From an uncultured Candidatus Rokubacteria bacterium (lineage in GTDB: Bacteria; Methylomirabilota; Methylomirabilia; Rokubacteriales; CSP1-6), in the NCBI GenBank assembly GCA_963758635.1, contig CAVWWD010000005.1, positions 96,001-160,000 of the forward strand: 64,000 nucleotides of DNA, read 5' to 3'. The notes under the pieces are model-generated. The model worked only from the letters and a program-made list of their open reading frames with translations, was not told the DNA's origin and searched no databases. Positions within the stretch are counted from its first letter, which is position 1, and each line of letters begins with the position of its first letter. This document shows positions 43,245 to 54,190 of this stretch, one piece after another. A program made the position numbers and the translations under genes.

Positions 43245-44102
43245 ATGTACCCAGCGTCCTTCGAGTACCACCTGCCCGGAACCATCAAGGATGCGCTGGA
43301 CCTGCTCGGCAAGCACAAGGACGACGCCAAGCTCCTGGCCGGCGGCCACAGCCTGCTGCCCGCGATGAAGCTGCGCCTCGCGCGGCCCGCCCACCTGGTG
43401 GACCTCCGCAAGGTGCCCGGCCTCACCGGCATCAAGGAGGAGGGCGGCTCCATCGTGATCGGCGCGATGACCACGCACTACGCCATCGAGACCTCCGCGG
43501 TGGTGAAGTCGAAGTGCGCCGTGCTCGCGCACGCCGCGGGCATGATCGGCGACCCGATGGTCCGGAACCTCGGGACGATCGGCGGCAGCCTCGCCCACGC
43601 CGACCCCGCCGCCGACTACCCGGCGGCGATCATCGCGCTCGGCGCGGAGATGGTCGCGGAGGGGCCGAAGGGCAAGCGGACGATCAAGGCCGACGACTTC
43701 TTCAAGGCCCTCCTGACCACCGCGCTCTCGCCCGACGAGATCCTGACCGAGGTGCGCGTGCCCGTCTGCGGCCCGAACGTGGGCGCGGCGTACCTGAAGT
43801 TCCCGCACCCCGCCTCGCGGTTCGCGGTGGTCGGGGTCGCCGCCGTCCTCACCATGGACGGGGCGAAGGTGGGCAAGGTGGGCGTCGGCATCACCGGCGC
43901 GGGCACCAAGGCCGTCCGCGCCAAGGGCGTGGAGGCCGGCCTGGCCGGCAAGAGCCTCGACGCGGCCACCATCCAGGCCGCGGCCGACACGGCGCCGGAC
44001 GGAGTGGACGTGCAGGCCGACCTGCAGGGCTCGGTGGACTACAAGAAGCACCTCCTCAAGGTCTTCGCGCGTCGCGCGATCGAGGCCGCCACCAAGAAGT
44101 GA
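43245..44102 (+). CDS. coxM: FAD-binding medium subunit (CoxM-like)
   Basis: LAGGHSL, VRNLGTIGGSLAHADPAAD. Confidence 0.9.
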   Translation: MYPASFEYHLPGTIKDALDLLGKHKDDAKLLAGGHSLLPAMKLRLARPAHLVDLRKVPGLTGIKEEGGSIVIGAMTTHYAIETSAVVKSKCAVLAHAAGMIGDPMVRNLGTIGGSLAHADPAADYPAAIIALGAEMVAEGPKGKRTIKADDFFKALLTTALSPDEILTEVRVPVCGPNVGAAYLKFPHPASRFAVVGVAAVLTMDGAKVGKVGVGITGAGTKAVRAKGVEAGLAGKSLDAATIQAAADTAPDGVDVQADLQGSVDYKKHLLKVFARRAIEAATKK

Positions 44103-44121
44103 TTCGTCCTGCTCTGGCCAC

Positions 44122-44154
44122 GGCCCCGCGGATCGGCTTCCGCGGGGCCTTTTT
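44122..44154 (+). terminator. Rho-independent terminator after coxSLM
   Basis: GGCCCCGCGGA-TCGGCT-TCCGCGGGGCC-TTTTT. Confidence 0.85.
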
Positions 44155-44297
44155 CCCGCGGATCCACCGCAGGAGGCCGCCATGATCGCCGGGGCGCTAG
44201 CGGCGACCGACTCGGATCGTTCATGCTCCTGCGCACGGAGACCACGACGACCACGCCGTCCGCGTGAGGCGGCAGGAAGGCGGCCCCGGGCGTCGTG

Positions 44298-44885
44298 ATG
44301 GCCGGGATCGTGCTCGCCGCCGGGCTGTCCCGGCGGATGGGCCAGGCGAAGCTCCTCCTCGACTGGCACGGCGCGCCGGTGATCCGGCGCGCCGTCGAGC
44401 GCGTGCTCGCCGCCGGCCTCGACGACGTCGTCGTGGTCACGGGCCCGGAGGCGGCCGCGATCGGCGAGGCGCTCGCCGGGCTTCCGCTGCGGCTCGCCGT
44501 GAATCCCGCGCCCGAGGCGGGACAGGCGGGCTCGGTGGTGGCGGGGATCCGCGCGCTCCGCGCGGGCGCCGCGGCCGCAGTGATCGCGCTCGGCGATCAG
44601 CCCACGCTGCCCGAGGCGGTCATCCCTCGGCTGGTCGCGCTGGCCCGGGAGACGGGCCAGGCCATCGTCGCGCCATCCTACCGCGGCGCGCGCGGCAACC
44701 CCGTCCTGTTCGCCGCGTCGGTCTTCCCGGAGCTGCTGGCGCTGACCGGCGACGAGGGCGCGCGCGGCGTGATCGTCCGCGACCCCGCCCGCGTCGCCCT
44801 CGCTCACTTCGATCTCCCGATGCCGCCGGACCTCGACACCCGCGAGGACTACGAGAGGCTCCGGCCGAGTCCAGGACCCGTGTAA
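44298..44885 (+). CDS. mocA: Molybdenum cofactor cytidylyltransferase
   Basis: LAAGLSRRMG..K, LGDQP, GNPVLF, GDEGAR, DLDT. Confidence 0.85.
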   Translation: MAGIVLAAGLSRRMGQAKLLLDWHGAPVIRRAVERVLAAGLDDVVVVTGPEAAAIGEALAGLPLRLAVNPAPEAGQAGSVVAGIRALRAGAAAAVIALGDQPTLPEAVIPRLVALARETGQAIVAPSYRGARGNPVLFAASVFPELLALTGDEGARGVIVRDPARVALAHFDLPMPPDLDTREDYERLRPSPGPV

Positions 44886-44897
44886 ACTAGGGACACC

Positions 44898-45786
44898 ATG
44901 AGAGAAGAGATCAAGAAAATCCAAGAGTTGATGGAGAATTCGCGACTACGTCACCGACCGAGCCATCGCCACGTCGGTGCACCTGGCGATGACCCTCAGG
45001 AAGCCGCTCCTCATCGAGGGGCACGCCGGGGTCGGGAAGACCGAGGTCGCGAAGGTGATGTCGCGCGTCCTCGGCACGCGCCTCATCCGGCTGCAGTGCT
45101 ACGAGGGGCTCGACGCGAACCAGACGCTCTACGAGTGGAACTACCCGAAGCAGATCCTCCACATCAAGCTGGAGGAGAGCACGACGCACTCGCTCGAGCA
45201 CAAGGAGGCGGCGATCTTCTCCGAGCCGTTCCTCGTGCGCCGGCCACTGCTCCAGGCGCTCACGCCGAACGGTCCCGCCCCCGTGCTCCTGATCGACGAG
45301 GTGGACCGGGGCGACGAGGAGCTCGAGGCGTTCCTCCTCGAGGTGCTCTCCGAGTACCAGGTGACGATTCCCGAACTCGGCACGATCAAGGCCACCGAGC
45401 CCCCCTACGTCATCCTCACCTCGAACCGGATCCGCGAGCTGTCCGACGCGCTCCGCCGCCGGTGCCTCTACCTCTGGATCGACTTCCCCGGCTTCGACAA
45501 GGAAGTGCGCATCGTGACGCGCAAGGTTCCGGGGATCAACGAGCGCCTGGCGAAGGAAGTGACGCGCTTCATGGAGACGCTGCGCACGGTGCGGCTCGCC
45601 AAGGTCCCGGGCGTGGCCGAGACGCTCGACTGGGCCCAGGCGCTGGTGTCGCTGCACGCCGACCACCTGGACGAGGCGCTGGTCGCCGAGACCCTCGGCT
45701 GCATCCTCAAGGACCCCGACGACATCAAGCGCGTGCGCCGGCAGCTCGAGACCGAGGGGATGAAGCGCTTCCTCACCACGGAGTAG
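44898..45786 (+). CDS. coxD: MoxR-like AAA+ ATPase, CoxD-like (frameshift near 44938)
   Basis: EGHAGVGKT, RLQCYEGLD, LLIDEVD, LTSN. Confidence 0.85.
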
Positions 45787-45792
45787 CCCCAG

Positions 45793-46965
45793 ATGGCCGT
45801 GGCGGGCGTCGCTGTTCCGCGCGACCTCCGCACCGCCATGCTCGCGTTCGGCCAGCGGCTCAGGGCCAGCGGGCTCGGCGTCACGGTGTCGGAGCTGATG
45901 GACGCGCTGCGCAGCCTCGACCTCGTCGACCTGATGGACCGCGACAACGTCTACCTGGCCCTCCGCGCGGTGCTGGTTTCGCGGCAGGAGGAGGTGCCCG
46001 CCTTCGACCGCTGCTTCGAGTCCTTCTGGCGGTTCCACGCCGAGTCGGGGCAGGGGGTCGACGGCCTCATGAGCCCGGCCCCGGACGCGACGCGGCCGGA
46101 GCACGCGGGGGGCGGATCGGCGGACGCCGCAGCCGAGAACCAGGCGGCGCTCGCGCTCGAGGCGTGGGAGGAGGAGGTCGAGGACGACGGCGACCCGCTG
46201 GAGGTCCCCGGGGTGAGCGCCAACGAGGTCTTGATGGACCAGGACTTCTCCACGTTCCCGGCCGAGCAGCTCGACGAGGTGGCGCGCCTCACCGCGCTCA
46301 TCGCCAAGCGGCTGGCCCGCCGGATGAGCCGACGGCGGCGGCCCGTGCGCCGGGGCGGCATCGTCGATCTCCGCCGGAGCATCCGCGCCAACATGATGAA
46401 GGGCGAGATCATCGAGCTGCGCCGACGGGAGCGCCGGCGCAAGAAGGTGCGCGTGGTCCTCCTGTGCGACGTGTCGGGCTCCATGGATCTCTACAGCCGC
46501 TTCCTCCTGCAGTTCCTCTACGCGCTGCAGAACGTCTTCGGCCGCGTGGAGACCTTCACGTTCGCCACCCGGCTGACGCGCGTCACCGACCGTCTGAAGG
46601 GCGCGTCGTACAAGCTCGCGCTCAGGCGCCTCGGGGACGTCCGCGACTTCTCGGGAGGGACCCGGATCGGGGAGTCCCTCCGCGAGTTCAACCAGACCTG
46701 GGGCCACCTCGTGAACCGGCAGACGATCGTCGTGCTCCTGTCCGACGGCTGGGACACCGGCGAGCCCGAGGAGCTGGCCAGCGAGATGCTGGCGCTCAAG
46801 CGGCGCGCCGGGCGCCTGATCTGGCTGAACCCGCTGCTCGGCAACCCGGCCTACGAGCCGCTCACGCGCGGCATGGCCGCCGCGCTCCCGCTCGTGGACC
46901 ACTTCGCGGCCGCTCACAACCTGCAGAGCCTGCGCGACCTCGCGCGGCATCTCACGCTGAGGTAG
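45793..46965 (+). CDS. coxE: vWA domain protein, CoxE-like
   Basis: DVSGSM MIDAS, SGGTRIG, SDGWD, WLNPL. Confidence 0.88.
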   Translation: MAVAGVAVPRDLRTAMLAFGQRLRASGLGVTVSELMDALRSLDLVDLMDRDNVYLALRAVLVSRQEEVPAFDRCFESFWRFHAESGQGVDGLMSPAPDATRPEHAGGGSADAAAENQAALALEAWEEEVEDDGDPLEVPGVSANEVLMDQDFSTFPAEQLDEVARLTALIAKRLARRMSRRRRPVRRGGIVDLRRSIRANMMKGEIIELRRRERRRKKVRVVLLCDVSGSMDLYSRFLLQFLYALQNVFGRVETFTFATRLTRVTDRLKGASYKLALRRLGDVRDFSGGTRIGESLREFNQTWGHLVNRQTIVVLLSDGWDTGEPEELASEMLALKRRAGRLIWLNPLLGNPAYEPLTRGMAAALPLVDHFAAAHNLQSLRDLARHLTLR

Positions 46966-46970
46966 CCACC

Positions 46971-48065
46971 ATGTCAGAGCTCTTCGACCAGCTCGCCGAC
47001 CTGAAGCGGACGGAGGGCAAGGTCGCCCTCGCGACGCTTGTGAATACCCGAGGCACAACCCCTCGAAAAGAAGGGGCGAAGATGCTGGTCGGCGAAGGGG
47101 GACGCGTCCTCGGATCCGTCACCATCGGTGGCTGCGTCGACGCTCAGGTGATCGAGGAGTCCTCCGACGTCCTGGGCCAGAACGCGCCGCGCCTGCTCGA
47201 GCTGAACCTGGGCGACGAGGACGCCTGGGAGATCGGTCTCACCTGCGGCGGGACCATCGAGGTCTTCGTCGAGCCCGTGACCCTCGACCGGCCGGGCGAC
47301 CCCACGCTGGCCTTCTACGAGCGCGCGCGGGCCCACGCCGAGGCCGGGGGCCGGGCCGTCATCATCACCCGCCTGGACCAGCCCCACGAGGGGGCGAAGC
47401 TCATCGTGACGGACGCCGGGACCCGCGAGGGGACGCTCGGCGACGCGTTCCTGGACGACCGCTTCGCCGGCGAGGCGCGCGCCAGCCTGCTCACCGGCTC
47501 CTCGCGCACGATGCTCCTGGAGGGGGTCCGGGCCTTCGTGGAGGTGGTCGCGCCGCCCTCCATCCTGCTCGTGGTCGGGGCCAGCCACGTGGCGATGCCG
47601 CTGACCTCGCTCGCCCGGACGCTCGGGTTCCGGACCGTGGTGATCGACGGCCGGCCTCGCTTCGCCACGCCCGAGCGCTTCCCCGACGTGGACGAGCTCA
47701 AGATCGGCATCCCCTCCGACCTCGTCCGCGAGGTGCCGCTGATCCCGACCACCGCCCTCGTGCTGGTCGCCCACGACTACAAGTACGACATGCCCGTCCT
47801 GCGTCACGCCTTCACCACGCCGGTGGGCTACATCGGGCTCCTCGGCAGCACGCGACGGGGCGCGGCCATCTTCAACCTGCTGCGCGAGGACGGCGTGGGC
47901 GAGACGGACCTGGCGCGGGTGCGCACGCCCATCGGGCTCGACCTCGGCGCCCAGTCCGCGCCGGAGATCGCGCTGGCCATCCTGGCCGAGATCGTCGCCT
48001 CGCAGCACGGCGCCACCGGGCTGCCGCTCGGCGAGAAGGTGAAGCGGGGCGTCGGCCCGAGATGA
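46971..48065 (+). CDS. xdhC: XdhC/CoxF Moco-insertion chaperone
   Basis: GAKMLV, GGCVD, GLTCGGTIEVFVE, PIGLDLGA..APEIA. Confidence 0.9.
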   Translation: MSELFDQLADLKRTEGKVALATLVNTRGTTPRKEGAKMLVGEGGRVLGSVTIGGCVDAQVIEESSDVLGQNAPRLLELNLGDEDAWEIGLTCGGTIEVFVEPVTLDRPGDPTLAFYERARAHAEAGGRAVIITRLDQPHEGAKLIVTDAGTREGTLGDAFLDDRFAGEARASLLTGSSRTMLLEGVRAFVEVVAPPSILLVVGASHVAMPLTSLARTLGFRTVVIDGRPRFATPERFPDVDELKIGIPSDLVREVPLIPTTALVLVAHDYKYDMPVLRHAFTTPVGYIGLLGSTRRGAAIFNLLREDGVGETDLARVRTPIGLDLGAQSAPEIALAILAEIVASQHGATGLPLGEKVKRGVGPR

Positions 48066-49105
48066 AGGCTCGCGCGCTCAGCCGCGCCGACGCCACGCCG
48101 GCGACCCTCGAGGGCCGGATCGCCTGCAACGACGTGCGCGACGGCGACGGGAAGCTCGCCGTGCGCAAGGGGCAGACGCTGGACGCCGGGGCCGCGCGGC
48201 GGCTGCTCGACCTCGCGTGGTCGGAGCTTCACCTGCTCGAGCTCGAGCCCGGCGACCTGCACGAGGAGCCCGCGGGCGCGCGCCTGTCCCAGGCCGCGGC
48301 GGGCGACGGCGTCGAGGTGAAGGGCTACAGCGGCGGCCAGTGGACGCTCGTCGCCGCCGCCCGCGGCCTGCTGCGCGTCCATGCCCGGGCCCTCCACGAG
48401 GTCAACGCGCAGTCCGGCATTTCGGTCTTCACGCTCTGGGACCTCCAGCCCGTCGAGCCCGGCGAGGTGGTGGCGCGGGCCAAGGTCACGCCGCTGGCGA
48501 TCCCGGAGACCACGGTCAAGCGCGCCGAGGCCGCCGCGTGGTCGGCCTCCGGCCTCGTGACGGTGAAGCGCTTCCGGCCCTCGGTGGTGGGCGCGGTGAC
48601 GCGGGAGAGCCTCGACGCCCGCCAGCGCGCCCGCTTCGAGTCCGCGCTCCGGGAGAAGCTCGACTGGCTGGGCTCGCGCCTGCTCGGCGTCCGCTATTCC
48701 GGCGGGGGCGCGGCGGCGGTGGCCGCCGACATCGAGGCGCTCGTGGCGGAGGGCGCGGAGGTCCTGATCGCCGCGGGGGCGAGCTCGCTCGACCCGCTCG
48801 ACCCCGTGTTCCTCGGCATCGAGCGCGCGGGCGGACGCATGGAGCGCCACGGCGTGCCCGCCCATCCCGGCAGCCTGCTGTTCCTGGCGCGGATCGGCGA
48901 CCGGCCCGTGGTCGGCATGCCCACGTGCGGCATGTTCTCGCAGGCCACCACCTTCGACCTCGTGCTGCCGCGCCTGCTCGCCGGCCTGCCCGCGGGCAAC
49001 GCGGAGCTGGCCGGGCTCGGCCACGGCGGCCTGATCTCGCAGGACAGCGCGTACCGCTTCCCGCCGTATCGCGCGTCCACCGCGCGCGGGGAGATCGGCG
49101 AGTGA
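48062..49105 (+). CDS. MoeA-like molybdopterin-binding protein
   Basis: LDPLD...GVPAHPGSLLFLA...GMPTC...FDLVLPRL pattern. Confidence 0.65.
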   Translation: MKARALSRADATPATLEGRIACNDVRDGDGKLAVRKGQTLDAGAARRLLDLAWSELHLLELEPGDLHEEPAGARLSQAAAGDGVEVKGYSGGQWTLVAAARGLLRVHARALHEVNAQSGISVFTLWDLQPVEPGEVVARAKVTPLAIPETTVKRAEAAAWSASGLVTVKRFRPSVVGAVTRESLDARQRARFESALREKLDWLGSRLLGVRYSGGGAAAVAADIEALVAEGAEVLIAAGASSLDPLDPVFLGIERAGGRMERHGVPAHPGSLLFLARIGDRPVVGMPTCGMFSQATTFDLVLPRLLAGLPAGNAELAGLGHGGLISQDSAYRFPPYRASTARGEIGE

Positions 49106-49482
49106 GCGCGGCGCTCTACAGCTCGGTGATCCGCGAGCGCTTCCGCCGCCCGCGGTTCCGGGGCCGCGTGGAGTCGCCGGACGCCGTCTTCGAGGACGTG
49201 AACCCGCTGTGCGGCGATCGGATCCGCATCGAGTGCCGTCTCGACGGCGACGTGATCGCCGAGGCGCGGCACCACGGCGACAGCTGCGCCGTCAGCACCG
49301 CCGCCGCCGACGTGCTGCTGGAGCTGGCGGTGGGCCGGCCCGTGGCCGAGGCCGCGGCCATCCCGATCGGCGACGTCCTCGAGCGGCTCGAGGCCGACAT
49401 CCGGCCCTCGCGGATGAAGTGCGTGGCGCTGCCCCTTGGCGTGCTCCAGGGGGCGCTGGCGCGGAAGGGAGCGACATCGTGA
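49102..49482 (+). CDS. SufU/IscU-like scaffold
   Basis: NPLCGD, GDSCAVS, RMKCVALP. Confidence 0.85.
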   Translation: MSAALYSSVIRERFRRPRFRGRVESPDAVFEDVNPLCGDRIRIECRLDGDVIAEARHHGDSCAVSTAAADVLLELAVGRPVAEAAAIPIGDVLERLEADIRPSRMKCVALPLGVLQGALARKGATS

Positions 49483-50696
49483 CGCTCGGAGAGCGGTGCC
49501 GGCCGGACTTTCCCATCCTCGACCGGGTCGTGAACGGTCATCCGCTCACGTTCCTCGACTCCGCCGCCTCGAGCCAGAAGCCGCGGCAGGTGCTGGAGGC
49601 CCTCCAGCGGTATTACGAGCGGAGCCACGCCAACGTCCACCGCTCCATCCACACCCTGGGGGAGGAGGCGACCGAGGCCTACGAGTCGGCGCGCGACGCG
49701 GTACGCGCCTTCATCGGCGCCCGGTCGCGCGAGGAGATCGTCTTCACCCGTGGGACCACCGAGGGCATCAACCTGGTGGCCCAGGCGCTCGGCCGCACCC
49801 TCCGCCCGGGCGACGAGATCGTCGTGACCGAGCTGGAGCACCACTCGAACCTGATCCCGTGGCAGATGGCGTGCCGCGATCGCGGCGCCGTGCTCCGGGC
49901 CGTGCCCGTCAAGGACGGCGTGGCCCTCGACATGGAGGCGTACGCGCGCCTGCTCGGCTCCCGGACGCGCGTGGTGGCCATGGCGCACGTGTCGAACGTG
50001 CTCGGCACGATCAACCCCGTGGTGGAGGCGACGCGCCAGGCCCACGCCGCGGGCGCGCTCGTGCTCCTCGACGGCGCCCAGGCCGTCCCGCACATGCCGC
50101 TCGACATGGAAGGGATCGGGGCGGACTTCTACGTCTTCTCGGGCCACAAGATGCTCGGGCCCACCGGCATCGGCGTGCTCTACGGGCGCCGCGAGGTCCT
50201 GGCGGGCCTGGAGCCGGCCTGGGGCGGGGGAGAGATGATCAAGGAGGTCTGGATCGACCACGCCCAGTGGAACGACCTCCCGTGGCGCTTCGAGCCCGGC
50301 ACGCCGCCCATCGCCGCGGCGGTGGGCCTGCACGCCGCCGTCGAGTACCTCGAGAAGCTCGGCATGGAGCGCGTGGCCGCCTACGAGCGCGAGCTCACGC
50401 AGCGCTGCATCGACCGGCTCTCGGGCATCCCGGGCGTCACGGTCTACGGTCCGCGTCACGCCGAGGGCAAGGGCGCGGTGGTGGCGTTCGACGTGGCGGG
50501 CATCCATCCCCACGACGGGGCCGCCCTCCTCGACCAGCAAGGCATCGCGGTGCGCGCCGGGCATCACTGCGCGCAGCCGCTCATGAAGCGGCTCGGCATC
50601 ACCGGGACGCTCCGCGCGAGCTTCTCCGTGTACAACACGCCGGCCGACGTGGACCGCCTCGCCGAGGCCCTGCGCACCATCCACGAGCGGCTGTAG
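49479..50696 (+). CDS. sufS: SufS-type (group II) cysteine desulfurase
   Basis: LDSAASSQKP, EHHSN, SGHKM, RAGHHCAQP. Confidence 0.92.
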   Translation: MTLGERCRPDFPILDRVVNGHPLTFLDSAASSQKPRQVLEALQRYYERSHANVHRSIHTLGEEATEAYESARDAVRAFIGARSREEIVFTRGTTEGINLVAQALGRTLRPGDEIVVTELEHHSNLIPWQMACRDRGAVLRAVPVKDGVALDMEAYARLLGSRTRVVAMAHVSNVLGTINPVVEATRQAHAAGALVLLDGAQAVPHMPLDMEGIGADFYVFSGHKMLGPTGIGVLYGRREVLAGLEPAWGGGEMIKEVWIDHAQWNDLPWRFEPGTPPIAAAVGLHAAVEYLEKLGMERVAAYERELTQRCIDRLSGIPGVTVYGPRHAEGKGAVVAFDVAGIHPHDGAALLDQQGIAVRAGHHCAQPLMKRLGITGTLRASFSVYNTPADVDRLAEALRTIHERL

Positions 50697-50701
50697 CCGT
50701 C

Positions 50702-51640
50702 GTGACGCACCCCACGCCCCCGGACGCCTTCCGCTCGCCCCGCTACGCCCAGCCCGCCAGCTTCATGCGGCTGCCGGTGATCCGCGATCCGGCCGCGCTC
50801 GACGTGGCGCTGCTCGGCGTGCCGTACGACGGCGGCACCTCCTACCGGCCGGGCGCCCGGTACGGGCCGCGCGCGGTGCGCGAGCAATCGTCGCTGATCC
50901 GGCCCTGGAACCCCGTGCTGCGGGTGGCCCCATTCGAGCGCCTGCGCGTCGCCGACGCCGGCGACGTCGACGTGGTGCCGATCTCCATCGAGCGGACCTT
51001 CGAAGCGATCGAGGCCGAGGTCGAGCCGCTGGTCGCGGGAGGGGTGATCCCCCTCGCCGTCGGCGGCGATCACTCGATCACGCTGCCGATCCTCCGGCGG
51101 CTCGCCGCGCGCCACGGGCCGCTCGGGCTCGTCCACTTCGACGCGCACCCCGACACCTGGGACGAGTACTTCGGCTCCAAGCACTTCCACGGCACCACGT
51201 TCCGGCGGGCGGTGGAGGAGGGCGTCGTCGACGGCCGGCGCGTGATCCAGATCGGCATCCGCGGACCGCTCTACGCCGAGGACGACTTCGATTTCCACCG
51301 CGAGCACGGCCTCGAGGCGATCCGCGTCGAAGCGGTGAAGGAGCGCGGGACGGCGTGGGTGGCCGAGCGGCTCCAGCGCCTGGCCGGCGGCCCCGTCTAC
51401 TGCTCCTTCGACATCGACGCGGTCGATCCCGCCTACGCCCCGGCCACCGGCACGCCGGAGGTCGGCGGCCTCACCTCGTGGGAAGCCCTCGTCCTCGTCC
51501 GCGCCCTGCGGGGGATCCGCCTCGTGGGCGCCGATCTCGTGGAGGTCTCGCCGCTCTACGACGGGCCGGGGCAGATCACGAGCCTCCTCGCCGCCAACCT
51601 GGTGTTCGAGCTGCTCTCGCTGATGGCGCTCGCCGCCTGA
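50702..51640 (+). CDS. speB: Agmatinase/ureohydrolase family
   Basis: GGDHS, DAHPD, SFDIDAVDPAYAPATGTP. Confidence 0.85.
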   Translation: MTHPTPPDAFRSPRYAQPASFMRLPVIRDPAALDVALLGVPYDGGTSYRPGARYGPRAVREQSSLIRPWNPVLRVAPFERLRVADAGDVDVVPISIERTFEAIEAEVEPLVAGGVIPLAVGGDHSITLPILRRLAARHGPLGLVHFDAHPDTWDEYFGSKHFHGTTFRRAVEEGVVDGRRVIQIGIRGPLYAEDDFDFHREHGLEAIRVEAVKERGTAWVAERLQRLAGGPVYCSFDIDAVDPAYAPATGTPEVGGLTSWEALVLVRALRGIRLVGADLVEVSPLYDGPGQITSLLAANLVFELLSLMALAA

Positions 51641-51698
51641 CCGGCCCGGCGGCGCCCTCTTCGCCGGGTGTTATCATGGCCCAGGTAGGAACCGTCCA

Positions 51699-52999
51699 GT
51701 GAAGCGGACGCCGCGCGTCGCCGTGCTTACCCTCGCCCTGATGGCGGGGGTGGTCCTGTCGGCGCTCGCCGCCGCGCCCGCCCCCGTGTCGCTGATCGAG
51801 ATCGAGGGGGCCATCACCCCCGTCACCGTCCGGCTCGTGAGCATGGCGGTGGAGCGCGCCCAGGCCGAGCGCGCGCAGGCCCTGGTCCTCCAGCTCGACA
51901 CCCCGGGCGGCCTCGAGCGCTCGATGCGCTCCATCGTCCAGACCATCCTCAACGCCGAGGTCCCCGTCATCGTGTACGTGGGACCCACGGGGGCGCGCGC
52001 CGCCTCCGCCGGGGTCTTCCTCACCATCGCCGGTCACGTCGCCGCCATGGCCCCCGCCACCAACATCGGGGCCGCGCATCCCGTGGCCGTCGGCGGCCAG
52101 ATGGACAAGGAGATGGCCAAGAAGGTCGAGAACGACGCCGCGGCCTTCGCACGCTCGATCGCGAGCGAGCGGAACCGCAACGTGGAGTGGGCCGAGAAGG
52201 CGGTCCGCTCCTCCGTGTCGGCCACCGAGCGCGAGGCGGTGAAGCTCAAGATCGTCGACCTCGTGGCCGACAACGTGCCCGACCTCCTCGCCAAGGTCGA
52301 CGGGCGCACGGTGAAGACGACGAAGGGCGTGGTGACGCTCCGCACCAGGGACGCGCCGGTCAAGCGCATCGAGGTGCGCTTCCGCGACCGGTTCCTCGCC
52401 CTGATCACCGACCCGAACGTCGCCTACGTGCTGATGATGGTCGGCATGCTGGGCCTCTTCTTCGAGCTCTCCAACCCCGGGGTGATCCTGCCCGGCATCA
52501 TCGGGGGCATCAGCATCATCCTCGCGTTCTTCGCCTTCCAGAGCCTGCCCATCAACTGGGCCGGGCTCCTCCTCATCCTCTTCGGCGTCGCGCTGCTCAT
52601 CGCCGAGATCAAGGTGGTGAGCCACGGGGTGCTGACCATCGGCGCCGTCGTCGCGATGGTCCTGGGCTCGCTCATGCTCTACGACGCGCCCGAGACCGGC
52701 CTCCGGATCTCCTGGTACGTGATCATCCCCACCGTCGGCAGCACCGCCGCCCTCATGGCCTCGCGGTGTCGTTCGGGATGCGCGCCCTCTACGGCCGCCC
52801 GATCACGGGCGCCGTCGGCATGGTCGGGGAGGCCGCGGTCGTGCGGGAGCCGCTCGACCCCGAGGGCCAGGTGCAGGTGCACGGCGAGCTGTGGCGGGCC
52901 GTCTCGGAGGACGGGCCGGCGGCGGCGGGGGAGACGGTGCGCATCACCGGGGTCGACGGGCTCACCCTGAAGGTGGTTCACGCCGGCGAGCGGCGCTAG
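51699..52999 (+). CDS. nfeD: NfeD/StoP membrane serine protease (frameshift near 52757)
   Basis: LDTPGG, ARAASAG, IGAAHPV; C-terminal GELWRA OB domain in a shifted frame. Confidence 0.88.
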
Positions 53000-53029
53000 C
53001 CCGCGGCCGCGGCAGATCGGGGGACAGGC

Positions 53030-53833
53030 ATGGGCTTCGAGATGCTGTTCGGCATCGTGCCGGTGGTGATCATCGCCCTCTTCGTCATCGGGACGTCGGT
53101 GCGGATCCTCCGCGAGTACGAGCGGGGGGTGATCTTCCGCTTCGGCCGCCGGGCCCGCGCCGTGGTGAACCCGGGCGGCGACGGGTCGGGGCCGGGCCTC
53201 CTCCTCCTCGTGCCGTTCATCGACAAGATGGTGAAGGTGAGCCTGCGCACGATCACGATGGACGTGCCGCCGCAGGACGTCATCACCCGCGACAACGTGT
53301 CGGTGAAGGTGAACGCGGTGATCTTCTTCCGGGTCCTCGACGCGGCCAAGGCGGTGATCAGCGTCGAGGACTACCTCTACGCCACGTCCCAGATCGCCCA
53401 GACCACGCTGCGCAGCGTGCTCGGTCAGCAGGAGCTCGACGACCTGCTCTCGTCGCGCGACAAGATCAACGCCGAGCTCACGCGGATCATCGACGAGCAC
53501 ACCACGCCGTGGGGGATCAAGGTCGCCACCGTCGAGGTGAAGAACGTCGACCTGCCCCAGGACATGCAGCGCGCAATGTCCAAGCAGGCGGAGGCCGAGC
53601 GCGAGCGCCGGGCCAAGGTCATCAACGCCGACGGCGAGTTCCAGGCCGCGGCCAAGCTGTCCGAGGCGGCCGACGTGCTCTCCCGCTACCCGATCGCGAT
53701 CCAGCTTCGCTACCTGCAGACCATGCGCGAGATCGCCTCGGAGCGGAACACCACCACGTTCTTCCCCGTCCCCGTCGATCTCCTGGGCTCGCTCAGGAGC
53801 GCGTTCGGCGCGCCCGATCCCCCACGGAGCTGA
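53030..53833 (+). CDS. SPFH/stomatin-like (slipin) protein
   Basis: [31 protein letters not shown]. Confidence 0.93.
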   Translation: MGFEMLFGIVPVVIIALFVIGTSVRILREYERGVIFRFGRRARAVVNPGGDGSGPGLLLLVPFIDKMVKVSLRTITMDVPPQDVITRDNVSVKVNAVIFFRVLDAAKAVISVEDYLYATSQIAQTTLRSVLGQQELDDLLSSRDKINAELTRIIDEHTTPWGIKVATVEVKNVDLPQDMQRAMSKQAEAERERRAKVINADGEFQAAAKLSEAADVLSRYPIAIQLRYLQTMREIASERNTTTFFPVPVDLLGSLRSAFGAPDPPRS

Positions 53834-53888
53834 CGCGCAAACCGCGCTTGTGAGCGTCGGCGGGGCCGAGTACAATACGGCTCGCTTC

Positions 53889-53964
53889 GGGGGGTTAGCT
53901 CAGTTGGGAGAGCGCGGCGTTCGCAACGCCGAGGTCGAGGGTTCGAATCCCTTACCCTCCACCA
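53889..53964 (+). tRNA. tRNA-Ala(CGC)
   Basis: Cloverleaf; G3:U70 pair; anticodon loop TTCGCAA; GGTTCGAATCC T-arm; encoded CCA. Confidence 0.95.
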
Positions 53965-54002
53965 TGTGAGCGGCGCGGCGGCCCGCGAGGTCGCCGCTTC
54001 AT

Positions 54003-54092
54003 CGTGAAGGCCGGGACAGGAGTCCCGGCCTTCGTCATGTCCGGATGTGGCACCGCGCCGTGAAGGCCGGGACGCGGGTCCCGGCCTTCGTC
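54003..54092. repeat. Two identical-stem hairpins downstream of the tRNA
   Basis: CGTGAAGGCCGGGAC-N4-GTCCCGGCCTTCGTC at 54003-54036 and 54059-54092. Confidence 0.85.
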
Positions 54093-54190
54093 GTCTTCGA
54101 GGGCGACCCGGTGGCGCAGCGGCGCGCGTTGTCCTATCATGTGGCCCGTTTCTCAACCGCCCCGCTCGCGGGGCTCGACGGAGGCTTCGA

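Noticed and set aside
44171..44298. AGGAGG plus ATG 44182 small ORF before mocA
   Set aside because: The product is low-complexity with no recognisable features, and an indel cannot be excluded.
54003..54092. Mini-CRISPR
   Set aside because: Only two repeats, variation inside the repeat loop, a 22-bp spacer and no leader or cas genes.
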